Shown: positions 9,986 to 20,060, counted from the first letter of the stretch. The stretch: DNA of 64,000 nucleotides from Candidatus Multivoradales bacterium (GCA_965223155.1 CBDCVR010000014.1:1024001-1088000); one strand, 5' to 3'. Translations and numbers: made by a program. Notes: generated by a model from the letters alone, not told the origin.

Positions 9986-11119
9986 TCAGACGGCTCGATC
10001 GATCCAGCACCCGCCCAGGACCCGGTCGCCATCGTAGAAGACGCAGGCCTGGCCGGGAGCCACGCCTCGCTGCGGCGTCTCGAAGCGAACACGCGCTCCG
10101 CCGCTTACGGACGGCTCGATGGTGGCCCGCACTCCCCGGTGCCGGGAGCGGATCTTGACCGTGGCCTCGATCGGCGTGGCCGGCCGCGGACCGATCCAGC
10201 TCGACCGTTCGCCTTCGAGACCCGAGGCTAGAAGCTCGTCCTCGGCGCCGACCACGATCCGGTTTCCGGCGGCGTCGACTTCCAGGACATAGAGCTTGCC
10301 GCCGCCCCCCAGACCCAGGCCGCGACGCTGGCCGACGGTATAGCGATAGTAGGGGTCGCCTTCCCCCAAGACGTCACCGGACCGAGTCTGGATGGCGGCG
10401 CCGTGTGCGAGCACCCGCTCGCGCTCTCTCGACCGGCCGCCACCGATCTGGACCAGCGTCTCTTCGCGGGCGGCGACCTCGGTCTCCACAAAGTCCTTGA
10501 CGCCGGCGGCGACGAAGCACAACTCCATCGACTCTGCCTTCTCGGCCACTACTAGCCCCGCACGGCGGGCGATCTCGCGCACCTGGGTCTTGGTCAGCTC
10601 GCCCAGCGGAAACCTGGATGCGGCCAACTGCTCCTGGGTCAGCTCGAAGAGATAGTAGCTCTGGTCCTTGTCCGGGTGGCGGGCCCGGTGGAGCTCCAAG
10701 CCGTCCGGCCCCTCGACGATGCGGGCGTAGTGCCCGGTGGCCATCCGCTCGGCGCCCAGCTCGCGAGCCTTGTCGAGGAAAAGATCGAACTTGATCCAGG
10801 TATTGCACCGAGTACACGGCACCGGCGTCTTCCCCGCCAGGTAGTCATCGACGAAGGGCTCGACCACTTCCCGCCGGAACTCCTCTTCCATGGGCAGCGT
10901 GTAGTGCCGCACCCCGCATTGCTGGGCGACCCGGCGGGCATCGCCCAGGTCGAGAGCGCCGCAGCAGCGCCCGTGAGCCGCCTCCTGCGAACGGTCCCAA
11001 AGCAGCATGGACAGGCCGACGATGGGCTCGCCGCGCTCGGCCAGGAGCCACGCCACCACCGACGAGTCGAGGCCGCCGCTCATGGCGACCGCCGTCAGAC
11101 CTGAGCCCTCGGACGTCAT
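9986..11119 (-). CDS. mnmA: tRNA-specific 2-thiouridylase
   Basis: AMSGGLDSS PP-loop, PCTRCN, ATGHYA, KDQSYYL, ELCF, TVGQRRGLG, PGQ; start ATG 11119 overlaps the iscS stop. Confidence 0.96.
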   Translation of the reverse strand: MTSEGSGLTAVAMSGGLDSSVVAWLLAERGEPIVGLSMLLWDRSQEAAHGRCCGALDLGDARRVAQQCGVRHYTLPMEEEFRREVVEPFVDDYLAGKTPVPCTRCNTWIKFDLFLDKARELGAERMATGHYARIVEGPDGLELHRARHPDKDQSYYLFELTQEQLAASRFPLGELTKTQVREIARRAGLVVAEKAESMELCFVAAGVKDFVETEVAAREETLVQIGGGRSRERERVLAHGAAIQTRSGDVLGEGDPYYRYTVGQRRGLGLGGGGKLYVLEVDAAGNRIVVGAEDELLASGLEGERSSWIGPRPATPIEATVKIRSRHRGVRATIEPSVSGGARVRFETPQRGVAPGQACVFYDGDRVLGGCWIDRAV

Positions 11120-12264
11120 CCCACCGCCGCGAGCCGGCGCAGCTCCCGGACTTCCCGAAGCACGGCCGCCGCGAATCGATCCGTCTCGTCGAGAGTGTTG
11201 GAGGGGCCGAAGCTGACCCGCACCGACGCCAGGGCCTCGGCCTCGGATACCCCCATCGACATCAGAGCCGAGCTCGGCTTGGCCTTGCCGGACGAGCAAG
11301 CTGAGCCGCCCGAGACCGCGAAGCCGGCAAGATCCAGCCGGATGACCAAGCTCGAAGCCGGAGCGCCCGGAAAGGCGACGTTCGAGGTGTTGGGCAGGCG
11401 CGGCGCGGCGCTACCGTGGACGACGACGTCCTCGAGGCCGGTCAGAGCCGCCTCGAAACGGTCCCGCAGGCGCGCCAGCTTGGCGATGCGCTCGTCCAGC
11501 TCGGCCTCGACCAGCTCGATCGCCCGGCCCAGGCCCACGATCGCGGCCACGTTCTCGGTGCCGGCTCGCCGGCGGCGCTCCTGGCTGCCGCCGACCAGGA
11601 GCGGTTCGAAGGCAGCTCCGCCGCGTACCCACAGGGCCGCGGCGCCCAGCGGTCCCTGGAGCTTGTGCGCTCCCAGGACCAGGTAGTCCACTTCCAGGTC
11701 TTCGGCGTTGACCTGGTGCTTGCCCACGGCCTGCACCGCGTCGCACAGAATCGGAACGGACCGTGCCCGGCACAGGCGGGCAACTTCCTCGACCGGCTGG
11801 AGCGTGCCGATCTCGTTGTTGGCGAGCATCAGGCAAACCAGGACGGCGCCGTCACCAAGAGCCCGCTCGACGGCCTCCGGCTCGACCACGCCGGCGCGGT
11901 TGGGAGCCACCCGCACCAACTCGAGCCCAGAGGCGCTCGCTCGCTCAGCGGCCGCCTGGACGGCCGGGTGCTCGAGGCTGGAAACCACCAGCCTGCCGCG
12001 GCCGCCGGCGCTCTCGGCCACCGAGGCGACGACGGCGTTCAGAGCCTCGGTCCCGGAAGCGGTAAAGACGCACTGAGCGGGAACGCCGCCCAGAAGCCTA
12101 GCCACCGCCGCCCGAGCGGCTTCCACCGCCGCCCGCGCCTCCTGACCGAAGCCGTGAATGGACGAGGCGTTGCCGTGGCGGCTCGTCAGCCACGGTTCCA
12201 TGGCCTCGAAGACCCTGCGGTCGAGCGGGGTCGTCGCGTTGTGGTCGAGGTAGACGCGCTCCAT
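11116..12264 (-). CDS. iscS: Cysteine desulfurase (IscS/NifS group I)
   Basis: YLDHNATTP, GNASSIH, NNEIG, DAVQ, AHKLQGP (PLP Lys), GSACSSG. Confidence 0.9.
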   Translation of the reverse strand: MERVYLDHNATTPLDRRVFEAMEPWLTSRHGNASSIHGFGQEARAAVEAARAAVARLLGGVPAQCVFTASGTEALNAVVASVAESAGGRGRLVVSSLEHPAVQAAAERASASGLELVRVAPNRAGVVEPEAVERALGDGAVLVCLMLANNEIGTLQPVEEVARLCRARSVPILCDAVQAVGKHQVNAEDLEVDYLVLGAHKLQGPLGAAALWVRGGAAFEPLLVGGSQERRRRAGTENVAAIVGLGRAIELVEAELDERIAKLARLRDRFEAALTGLEDVVVHGSAAPRLPNTSNVAFPGAPASSLVIRLDLAGFAVSGGSACSSGKAKPSSALMSMGVSEAEALASVRVSFGPSNTLDETDRFAAAVLREVRELRRLAAVG

Positions 12265-12379
12265 GACGTTCGAAATTGTACCGCCGCTGGGCTCCCGACT
12301 CTGGACCGAACCGACATCCTGGCACCACCGCGAGAGACCCGGGTATGGTCCTGGATTTGCAAGGCTTTGGGCAACTAGG

Positions 12380-14971
12380 ATGGCGACCGAGATGGACCCG
12401 AGCACGAGATCGCGATCGACCGGGCGGATGCCGCTGGCTCTGCTGGCCCCACTGGCTTTGCTACTGGCCGTCCTGGTCCTGGGCCTCTGCGCTTTCGTCG
12501 TCGTGAGCGCACCCGCGGAGGCCGCGCGCGGTGTCAATCTCAACAAGCTGCCGGACGATCTGCCCGAGCGCTACCGGGCCTGGCTCGAGGAGGTGCGCCT
12601 GCTTCTCACCAAGGAGGAGCTCGCGACCTTTCTCGAGATCCCCAAGGACTACCAGCGCGACGCCTTTATCGAACGCTTCTGGCGCATCCGCGATCCCTTC
12701 CCGGACACCGCCCGCAATGAGTTCCGGGAGAAGTGGGAGGTCCGGGTCGGCGAGGTCTACGACGCGCTGAACGGAGAGTTCAGGGGTGAGCGAGCCGAGA
12801 TCTTGCTCCTCAACGGATTTCCGGATGCCCTGATCGATTTGAGCTGCGCCGAGATCGTCTCGTCCCAGGTCTGGTTCTACCAGCGCGCCGAAACCGTGGG
12901 CCACGAGGTGGTGCTGCTCTTCTACCAGCCGGGCGGTCTCGGCCGGTACCGCCTGTGGCACCCGGTGGACGGCTTCGACGTTCTGCTCCGGTTTCCGGGC
13001 GACGTTCGGAACTACCGGGAGCTGGCGACCACCTGCCGGCCGGGTCAGGACGAAGCGCTGCTCGCGGCCCTCGGCTACGCCGGCAGCCAGGGGCTGGGCT
13101 TCCCGTTGATCGCGGCCGGCGTGAGCACTCCCGGAGAGGGTCCTTCCGGTGAATGGGCGCAGACCTTTGGCGCCTACACGACCGAGGTCCCGGACGGCGC
13201 CGAGACCTTTGAAGCCGACTTGGAGCTGGACTTCCCCGGCCGGCACAAGACCCGGACCGTCATTCAGGGAGTGCTGAGCCTGGACCGTGACGATCTCGCG
13301 GTCTCGAAGCTCGGCGAGCACGAGTCCTACAACCTGGTCTTGATCGGCGAGGTCCTGCGCGACGACAAGCTCTTCGACAGCTTTCGGTACACCTTCAACC
13401 ATCCGCTGGCGACCGTCGAGGACGCTCGGCTGCCGCTCATCTTCGAGCGGCTGCTGCGTCCCGGCGAGTACCGGATGATTCTTCGTCTCGAGGACTCGAA
13501 CGCTCCGTCCTTCATGCGCCGCGAGGTCGAGCTCGACGTGCCCGCGGTCGAGAGCGCCTACCGGATGCCGGCGCCCGACGAGGAAACCGAGCGCATTCTC
13601 GCCGAGGCCAACGCCGCGATCTCGAGCGGGGAGATCTCCCTGCGCATCGTGCCGCCTCGCGACGGGATTCAGACCGGACAGCTCCGGGTCGATACCCTGG
13701 CGATCGGCGACGCCATCGACACGGTCCGGTTCGCGCTCGACGGACAGCACGTCCTGATCAAGAAGCAGCCTCCCTACAGCGTCGAGCTGGACCTGGGCAC
13801 GCTGCCCAAGATGCGGGACCTGGTGGCGACGGCTTTCGACGCCGACGGCAACGAGCTCGCTCGCGACGAGCTCCTGCTCAACTCGGGATCGCACCGCTTC
13901 GCGGCGCGCCTCATCGAGCCCCGGCGTGGACGCCGCTACGCCCGCAGCTTGCGAGCCGAAGCCGAGGTCCTGGTGCCCGATGGGCGAGTGATCGAGCGCG
14001 TCGAGTTCTTCCTGAACGAAAACCTGGTGGCGACGTTGTATCAAGAGCCCTATACCCACCCGATCGTGCTGCCGGACGCCGATCAGGTCGCCTACGTCCG
14101 CGTGGTCGCCTATCAGCCCGACGGCAACTCGACCGAAGACCTGGTCTTCGTCAACGCCCCGGAGTACCTTGAGGAGCTGGACGTCCAGTTCGTCGAGCTC
14201 TACATCGCAGTCCTCGACAAGAACCAGCGTCCGATCGACGGCCTCGGAGAAACCGACTTCTCGATCCTCGAGAACGGAGCCGAGCAGAGCCCGATGCGCT
14301 TCGAGAGGGTCCGCAACCTGCCGATTCATGCCGGCATCCTGCTCGACGTGTCGGCTTCGATGGCAAGCCGTCTGGACACCGCCCAGCAGGCCGCGCTCCG
14401 GTTCTTCCAGGAAGCGATCACCCCCAAGGACCGGGCAGCGCTCATCACCTTCAACGACTACCCCCACCTGGCCTCCAAGTTCACCAACGACCTCGGGGTG
14501 CTCTCGGGCGGGCTTGCCGGACTGCGCGCCGAGCGCGGCACGGCTCTCTACGACAGCATCATCTTCGCCCTCTACTACTTCAACGGCATCAAGGGGCAGC
14601 GCGCCCTGATCCTGCTTTCGGACGGCAAGGACGAACACTCCCGGTTCAGCTTTGACAACACTCTCGAGTACGCGCGGCGGGCGGGAGTCTCAATCTACTC
14701 GATCGGACTCAACCTGACCCGGAAGCAGCAGGGCGATACCGCCAAGAAGCTTCGGCTCTTGTCCGAAGAGACGGGCGGGCGTATCTTCTTGATCGATGAC
14801 GTCAACCAGCTCGGTTCGGTCTACGCGGAGATTCAGCGCGAGCTCAGGTCCCGCTACTACATCGCCTACCAGTCGACGAACTCCACGCCGTCCCGAGAGT
14901 TCCGCTCGATCGAGGTCGAGCTGGCCAAGGCCGATCTCGAGGCCAAGACACTCCGGGGCTACTATCCCTAG
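12380..14971 (+). CDS. Exported GWxTD-like + Ig-like + VWA domain protein
   Basis: Hydrophobic signal; YRAWLEEV..FIERFW..RDP.P.T..NEF; beta-rich middle; VWA MIDAS LLDVSASM, TALYD, LLSDG; ends GYYP. Start uncertain (12380/12392/12428). Confidence 0.8.
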   Translation: MATEMDPSTRSRSTGRMPLALLAPLALLLAVLVLGLCAFVVVSAPAEAARGVNLNKLPDDLPERYRAWLEEVRLLLTKEELATFLEIPKDYQRDAFIERFWRIRDPFPDTARNEFREKWEVRVGEVYDALNGEFRGERAEILLLNGFPDALIDLSCAEIVSSQVWFYQRAETVGHEVVLLFYQPGGLGRYRLWHPVDGFDVLLRFPGDVRNYRELATTCRPGQDEALLAALGYAGSQGLGFPLIAAGVSTPGEGPSGEWAQTFGAYTTEVPDGAETFEADLELDFPGRHKTRTVIQGVLSLDRDDLAVSKLGEHESYNLVLIGEVLRDDKLFDSFRYTFNHPLATVEDARLPLIFERLLRPGEYRMILRLEDSNAPSFMRREVELDVPAVESAYRMPAPDEETERILAEANAAISSGEISLRIVPPRDGIQTGQLRVDTLAIGDAIDTVRFALDGQHVLIKKQPPYSVELDLGTLPKMRDLVATAFDADGNELARDELLLNSGSHRFAARLIEPRRGRRYARSLRAEAEVLVPDGRVIERVEFFLNENLVATLYQEPYTHPIVLPDADQVAYVRVVAYQPDGNSTEDLVFVNAPEYLEELDVQFVELYIAVLDKNQRPIDGLGETDFSILENGAEQSPMRFERVRNLPIHAGILLDVSASMASRLDTAQQAALRFFQEAITPKDRAALITFNDYPHLASKFTNDLGVLSGGLAGLRAERGTALYDSIIFALYYFNGIKGQRALILLSDGKDEHSRFSFDNTLEYARRAGVSIYSIGLNLTRKQQGDTAKKLRLLSEETGGRIFLIDDVNQLGSVYAEIQRELRSRYYIAYQSTNSTPSREFRSIEVELAKADLEAKTLRGYYP

Positions 14972-15047
14972 GGCTGGAAAGCCCTTGCTGCATCGGGCGA
15001 GCGCGAAGCGTCCCGCCGGCGCGCCTGGTCTCGGGCGAAATCCGCGA

Positions 15048-17441
15048 ATGCTCCGAACAGTCGGCCTCGCCGCGATCATGGCCGCCAGGTTGACCTCCCC
15101 GGGCGCCGCGGCCCAAACCGACCCAAGCGCAGCGGTGGCTGAGGCCGGAGCCCCCGCCGGAATCGAAGCCCAAGAGCCCGCCACCGAGCTCATGAGCGAG
15201 GACGAGCTTTGGGTGTTCCGGCAGCTCGAGGGCGATGAGGTCCGCCAGGCCTTCCTCGATCGCTTCTGGGCCGAGCGGGAGGAGACCGTCCGCGACCTGT
15301 GGCTGGAACGGAGCGAGCTGGCTCGAACGCGCTTTGAAAGCGTGAGCACGGACCGAGCCCGCACGCTCCTCTTCTCGGGCCCGCCGCAATTCATCGTCAC
15401 CGACGTCTGTCCGCAACCGATCGCCGCGCTCGAAGTCTGGCACTATCGCGAACCGGAGGGCGGACCGGAGAACCAACCGGGTGACACCACCGCCGTCTTC
15501 CTGGCCGACGGTGCCGGCTACCGCCTCTGGCACCACGACTGGGCGGCAATCGCTCCCGGCGAGGCCGACTCCGAGGCCGCCGCGCGAGACATGCTGCGAA
15601 CGACCTGTCCGCGAGCCAAGGAGCTGATCTCGGCCCTCGAGGCGGCCCGCGACGCCGACGCCATCCGCGGCGGTTTCGCTTCCGCCCCGGCGGCCGACCC
15701 GGCCTGGGTCGATCAATTCCTCGCGCAGACTCCGATTCTTCCCCGCCACGCCCGCGCCCTCCTGGCCCGTACCAAGGTGTCGTTTCCGGCCGGCCTCGGC
15801 GAGCAGACCGTCGTTCTTCTGACTGTCGACGTCCCCGGCGCCGAGGTGCGAGCCGTGGAGCCGACCGGCTTCGCCCTGACCGGAACCGTACGGACGCCCA
15901 CCGAGCTGGTGGATCACTTCCGCTACCGATTCGAACGGGCCCTGTCGGGGGACGAGGCTCTCCGGCTGGAGGCCCGCCGCCACCTGCCGCCCGGCCGCTA
16001 CCGCCTGGATCTCAAGCTCCACGTCCTTGGTACCGACGCCTACTACCGCGACCGGATCGAGATCGAAGTTCCCGCGGCCGCAGCCGCGGACTGGGCCGGC
16101 CCCGGTGATCGCCTGTTCCGGCTCCTGCCGCCACCCGACATCCTACTGGTGGGCCGGCAGCGTTTCGAGGCAGCGGTCACTGGCGACGACGTCGCCAAGG
16201 TCGCGTTCCTGTTGAACGGCCGCCGCGCCATGACCAAGGCTCGTCCGCCCTTCTCGGTGGAGCTGGATCTGGGAGACGTGCCCAGGCCGCAGACCCTCGA
16301 AGCCGTCGCCTACGCCAGCGACGGCCAACAGCTTGCACGCGACGCGCTGGCGCTCAACGCGGGCCCCCACCGATTCTCGACCCGGATCGTCGCGCCAGCG
16401 CACGGCGAGCGCCTCGACCGGCTCTCTACGGTCCACGCCGAGGTGGATCTTCCGCCCGGAGAGCGGCTCGCCTACTTGGATCTCTTCTGGAACGAGGACC
16501 GTATCGCCCGCCTCCACCAGGGGCCCTTCGTCCAAAGCTTCGAGCTTCCGGACGACGGCGACTCCTCCTACCTGCGGGCCGTCGCCGTTCTCGCCGATGG
16601 CAACTCGGCCGAGGATCTCGTGGTGGTCAACACCGGCGATACCACCGAGGCCATCGAGGTCGATTTCGTCGAACTCTACGCCGGGATTCAGGACGGCCGT
16701 GGCAGGCCCATCGAAGACCTTCGTCTGGAAGACTTCGAGGTCCTCGAGGACGGCCTGCCGCAGCGGCTCTTGCGTCTCGAAACCGTGGACAACCTGCCGA
16801 TCAACGCCGCGGTGGTTCTCGACACCTCGACCTCGATGGAGGAAGAGATCGAGCAGGTCGAGCGGGCCGCGGCGGAGTTCTTCGAGCGCGTCATCCAACC
16901 CAAGGATCGGGCCGCGGTGGTGGTCTTTAGCGACGTCGCGCAGCTCCGGGTACCGCTTACCAACGATCTGGACGAGCTCCGCGCCGGCCTGTCGGGCATC
17001 GAGCCTGAGGGCTACACCAGCCTCTACGACAGCGTCATCTACGGCCTCTACTATCTGACCGGCCTTAGCGGCAAACGGGCGCTCATCCTGATCTCGGACG
17101 GCGAGGACTCGCGTTCGGATTTCGACTTCGATGAGACCCTGGACTTCGCTCGCCGCTCCGGGATCGCCGTTTACACGATCGGTCTTGGCATCCCCAGCGA
17201 CAACCTGGAGGAGCGGGCGGTTCTGCGCCGGCTCGCCCATGAGACCGGCGGCGAGGCATTTCAGATCGAGACCGCCCGGCGCATGGAGCGCATCTACGAG
17301 CGAATCGAAGACGCTCTGCGATCTCAGTACCTCCTCGGCTACCAATCCTCGCAGTCCGAACCGGGCCGGTTCCGCACGATTCAGGTTCGACTCCGCGGCC
17401 GGGAAGCCACGGTCAGGGCCGCCCCGGGGTACTACCCATGA
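15048..17441 (+). CDS. Paralogous exported GWxTD-like + Ig-like + VWA domain protein
   Basis: LMSEDE..F..FLDRFW..STDRARTLL..GPP; MIDAS LDTSTSM, TSLYD, LISDG; ends GYYP. Confidence 0.78.
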   Translation: MLRTVGLAAIMAARLTSPGAAAQTDPSAAVAEAGAPAGIEAQEPATELMSEDELWVFRQLEGDEVRQAFLDRFWAEREETVRDLWLERSELARTRFESVSTDRARTLLFSGPPQFIVTDVCPQPIAALEVWHYREPEGGPENQPGDTTAVFLADGAGYRLWHHDWAAIAPGEADSEAAARDMLRTTCPRAKELISALEAARDADAIRGGFASAPAADPAWVDQFLAQTPILPRHARALLARTKVSFPAGLGEQTVVLLTVDVPGAEVRAVEPTGFALTGTVRTPTELVDHFRYRFERALSGDEALRLEARRHLPPGRYRLDLKLHVLGTDAYYRDRIEIEVPAAAAADWAGPGDRLFRLLPPPDILLVGRQRFEAAVTGDDVAKVAFLLNGRRAMTKARPPFSVELDLGDVPRPQTLEAVAYASDGQQLARDALALNAGPHRFSTRIVAPAHGERLDRLSTVHAEVDLPPGERLAYLDLFWNEDRIARLHQGPFVQSFELPDDGDSSYLRAVAVLADGNSAEDLVVVNTGDTTEAIEVDFVELYAGIQDGRGRPIEDLRLEDFEVLEDGLPQRLLRLETVDNLPINAAVVLDTSTSMEEEIEQVERAAAEFFERVIQPKDRAAVVVFSDVAQLRVPLTNDLDELRAGLSGIEPEGYTSLYDSVIYGLYYLTGLSGKRALILISDGEDSRSDFDFDETLDFARRSGIAVYTIGLGIPSDNLEERAVLRRLAHETGGEAFQIETARRMERIYERIEDALRSQYLLGYQSSQSEPGRFRTIQVRLRGREATVRAAPGYYP

Positions 17442-18052
17442 CCAACGGTCACCCGGACGCCGCCCGACCGCGGCTGGTGCTGGCCTCGGCTTCGCCCCGG
17501 AGGACGGAGATTCTGCGCGGGCTGGGACTCGACTTCGACATCGAGCCAGCCGACGTTGACGAAAGCCTACGAGCCGGCGAGGAGCCCGAGGCCTACGTCG
17601 AGCGCCTGGCGCGCGAAAAGGCCGAGGCCCGCCGGAAGCCGGGCTCGCTGGTCGTCTCGGCCGACACGATCGTGGTCCTGGACGGCCGGATCTTGACCAA
17701 GCCCGAGGACCCCACGGACGCCCGCCGCATGCTGCGTGCGATCGCCGGAAGACGCCACCGCGTTCTGACCGGCCTCGCAGTCCTGTGCGGCGACAGCGGC
17801 CACCTCGAGACGACCGTCGTGGACTCCGAAGTCATCATGGCGGAGATGACCGACGGCGAGATCGAAGGGTACGTCGCCAGCGGCGAACCCCTGGACAAGG
17901 CCGGAAGCTACGCAATCCAGGGCTTGGGCGCGGTCTTCGTGGCGCGCCTCGAAGGCACGTTTTCGAACGTCGTCGGGCTACCGCTGCCCGACCTCTACCG
18001 GCTGTTGGCGAAGCACGGCTTCGAGCTTGCCGGCTTCAGCCGCCGTACTTGA
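17438..18052 (+). CDS. maf: Maf-family nucleotide pyrophosphatase (YhdE type)
   Basis: LASASPRR, SADTIV, DKAGSYAIQG, NVVGLP. Confidence 0.93.
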   Translation: MTNGHPDAARPRLVLASASPRRTEILRGLGLDFDIEPADVDESLRAGEEPEAYVERLAREKAEARRKPGSLVVSADTIVVLDGRILTKPEDPTDARRMLRAIAGRRHRVLTGLAVLCGDSGHLETTVVDSEVIMAEMTDGEIEGYVASGEPLDKAGSYAIQGLGAVFVARLEGTFSNVVGLPLPDLYRLLAKHGFELAGFSRRT

Positions 18053-18347
18053 TTGGGTCGCCCAGCTCCTCGAGCGAGAAGTTGGCCATGATCTGGTGGC
18101 CGTTGAAGTCCAGCACGCGGACGTCACCGGCCGCTTCGAGATCACGGCTGACGCTCGCGAAGGCCTCGCCGTAGCGATCCCGGACCGCATCCAGGTCGAC
18201 TTCGTAGGCCAAGAACTTGTCGATTCCCTTGTACCGGAGCTTTTCCACCAGACCCGGATCGGTGAGCTCGGGAAAGGTCGAGAGAATCAGGATGGGGCCG
18301 GTTCCGGTGAAGATGAGGTAGGTGCGCGGGGTGTCGCCGGAGGTCAT
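18036..18347 (-). CDS. Hypothetical small cytosolic protein (103 aa)
   Basis: Protein-like composition (YLIFTGTGPILIL, KGIDKFLAYEV, VRVLDFNGH), GC3-rich codons, TACCTT 6 nt before ATG. Confidence 0.75.
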   Translation of the reverse strand: MTSGDTPRTYLIFTGTGPILILSTFPELTDPGLVEKLRYKGIDKFLAYEVDLDAVRDRYGEAFASVSRDLEAAGDVRVLDFNGHQIMANFSLEELGDPIKYGG

Positions 18348-18478
18348 GGCGACAAGGTAGTGCCGCCCCGAACCGCTGTCAAGACCGGGTACCGGGCGCC
18401 GGTCTTCGCCGGGACACTGCTGGTCTTCCCGATCAGGGGCCCACCGCCCGTTGCCGCTCGCGAGATAGAGTCCCGGCC

Positions 18479-19303
18479 ATGACCGCGGCACCCACCGTCA
18501 TTCTGGTGCGGCCCACCGAGGAGGGCAACGTCGGAGCCGTGGCGCGAGCGATGGCCAACTTCGCCCTGGAGCGGCTCATTCTGGTCGAGCCGGCTACCGA
18601 GATCGGAGCCCGCGGGCGCGCCCGCGCCGTCGGCGCGGGACACGTGCTGGGCACGCTTACCCGGATCGCGACCTACGAGAGCGCTATCGAGCCGTTCCGG
18701 CACGTTGTCGGCACAAGCTCGCAGCGACAGCGCATCGAGCGAGTCGCCTGCGTGGACGCCGGCCGCCTGGCGCGGCACGCCGCCGGCTGGGATCTGGCGG
18801 CAACCGCGCTGGTCTTCGGACCCGAGCGCTCCGGCCTCACTACCGACGAGCTGGCCCGCTGCGATACCCTGGTCCGGATCCCGACCTCGAGCCGCCAGCC
18901 CACCCTGAACCTGGCACAGGCGGTCTTGATCCTCGCCTACGAGCTCTACCCGGACCCTCCGGGCGAGACCTCGGGGCCGGATGCGGCGCCCGCCGAAGCC
19001 GCTCAGGTCGGCGACGACACGGCGGCCGACGCAACCGCCGGCACCAACCCTCCGGCCACCGCCGGCGTTGTGGCCGGACTCCTCGAACACACCGACGCGC
19101 TTCTGACTCGCACCGGTTTCGCCCGCGACGCGACCTACGACGGCGTGCTGCGGGATCTGCGTCGCCTGGCCGCCCGCGCCCGGTTGACGGCACGGGAGGT
19201 CCAGATCCTGCGCGGCATATGCCGCCGCCTCGAAAACGCCCTCGATCGGGCCGATCCGGCTCCAAGAAGCACAGGGGCCGGCACCGCACCCCGGAGCTCG
19301 TGA
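18479..19303 (+). CDS. trmJ: TrmJ/LasT-family SPOUT tRNA methyltransferase
   Basis: GNVGAVARAMANF, VFGPERSGL, TLNLAQAV. Confidence 0.85.
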   Translation: MTAAPTVILVRPTEEGNVGAVARAMANFALERLILVEPATEIGARGRARAVGAGHVLGTLTRIATYESAIEPFRHVVGTSSQRQRIERVACVDAGRLARHAAGWDLAATALVFGPERSGLTTDELARCDTLVRIPTSSRQPTLNLAQAVLILAYELYPDPPGETSGPDAAPAEAAQVGDDTAADATAGTNPPATAGVVAGLLEHTDALLTRTGFARDATYDGVLRDLRRLAARARLTAREVQILRGICRRLENALDRADPAPRSTGAGTAPRSS

Positions 19304-19404
19304 CCCCGCCGCATTAGCCGCTTCACCGCGGGAACCGGCACTGTGCACCTTCCCGCCGGCGCTCTCTAGCGCCCCGATAACCCGGTGATAAGCTCGTCCG
19401 CCCG

Positions 19405-20055
19405 ATGGACGTGTCCGCAGCGCTCCCCACCGCCAAGGCCTCCGTGCAAGCCGGTCTCCGGGCAGCCCCGATCTTCGGCGTGGTGCGAACCGCGACTCGA
19501 GACGAGGCCCTGCGCCAGGCTCGAGCCTTTCGGGATGGCGGGATTCAGCTCGTCGAGATCACCTGGACCGTGCCCGAGGCGGCCTCGGTCGTGCGCCAGC
19601 TCCTGGCCGAGCGACCGGACGCGGATCCCCCGTGGATCGGCATGGGCACGATCACAGACAGCGAGCGCGCCCGGGCCGCCCTCGACGCCGGCGCCGAGTT
19701 CCTGATCACACCCAACGTGGCTCCAGACGTTGCCGAGCTGGCGCGCGAGCGGGACGTCTTTGTCGTCCTGGGCGCCCTGACCCCCAGCGAGATCGTCGCC
19801 GCCCGGCGCGCGGGAGCCGACCTTGTCAAGGTCTATCCCCTGCCTCCAGTGGGCGGAGCCAAGTATCTCGCCACCGTCCGCCAGCCGCTGCCCGACATCC
19901 CCATCCTGGCGGCCGGAGGTTTTGACGTGGATGAGATCCCCGCCTACCGAGCTGCCGGCGCCCTCGCCTTCGGCCTCGGCGCGCAAATGCTGGGCGACGA
20001 CCCCGAGTCCACGCGCCTGCGGATCGCCTCGGCGCTCGAGGCCGCCGGCGCTTGA
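19405..20055 (+). CDS. eda: KDPG/KHG aldolase
   Basis: GGIQLVEIT, GMGTI, GAEFLITP, GALTPSEI, LVKVYP (Schiff-base Lys). Confidence 0.85.
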   Translation: MDVSAALPTAKASVQAGLRAAPIFGVVRTATRDEALRQARAFRDGGIQLVEITWTVPEAASVVRQLLAERPDADPPWIGMGTITDSERARAALDAGAEFLITPNVAPDVAELARERDVFVVLGALTPSEIVAARRAGADLVKVYPLPPVGGAKYLATVRQPLPDIPILAAGGFDVDEIPAYRAAGALAFGLGAQMLGDDPESTRLRIASALEAAGA

Positions 20056-20060
20056 AGCCC

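Noticed and set aside
12318-12365. TGGCAC upstream of the VWA gene as a sigma54 promoter
   Set aside because: No TTGC at the required -12 spacing
12461-14638. Long antisense or alternate-frame ORFs (for example 12461-14638 -, 33993-35897 +, 37631-39424 +, 23614-25011 -)
   Set aside because: They mirror well-supported genes and have no motifs; shadow ORFs are expected in high-GC coding DNA
19405-20055. Eda has EITWT rather than EVTLR, possibly inactive
   Set aside because: Catalytic Glu and Lys are present, and EIT-x-T variants are common in the family
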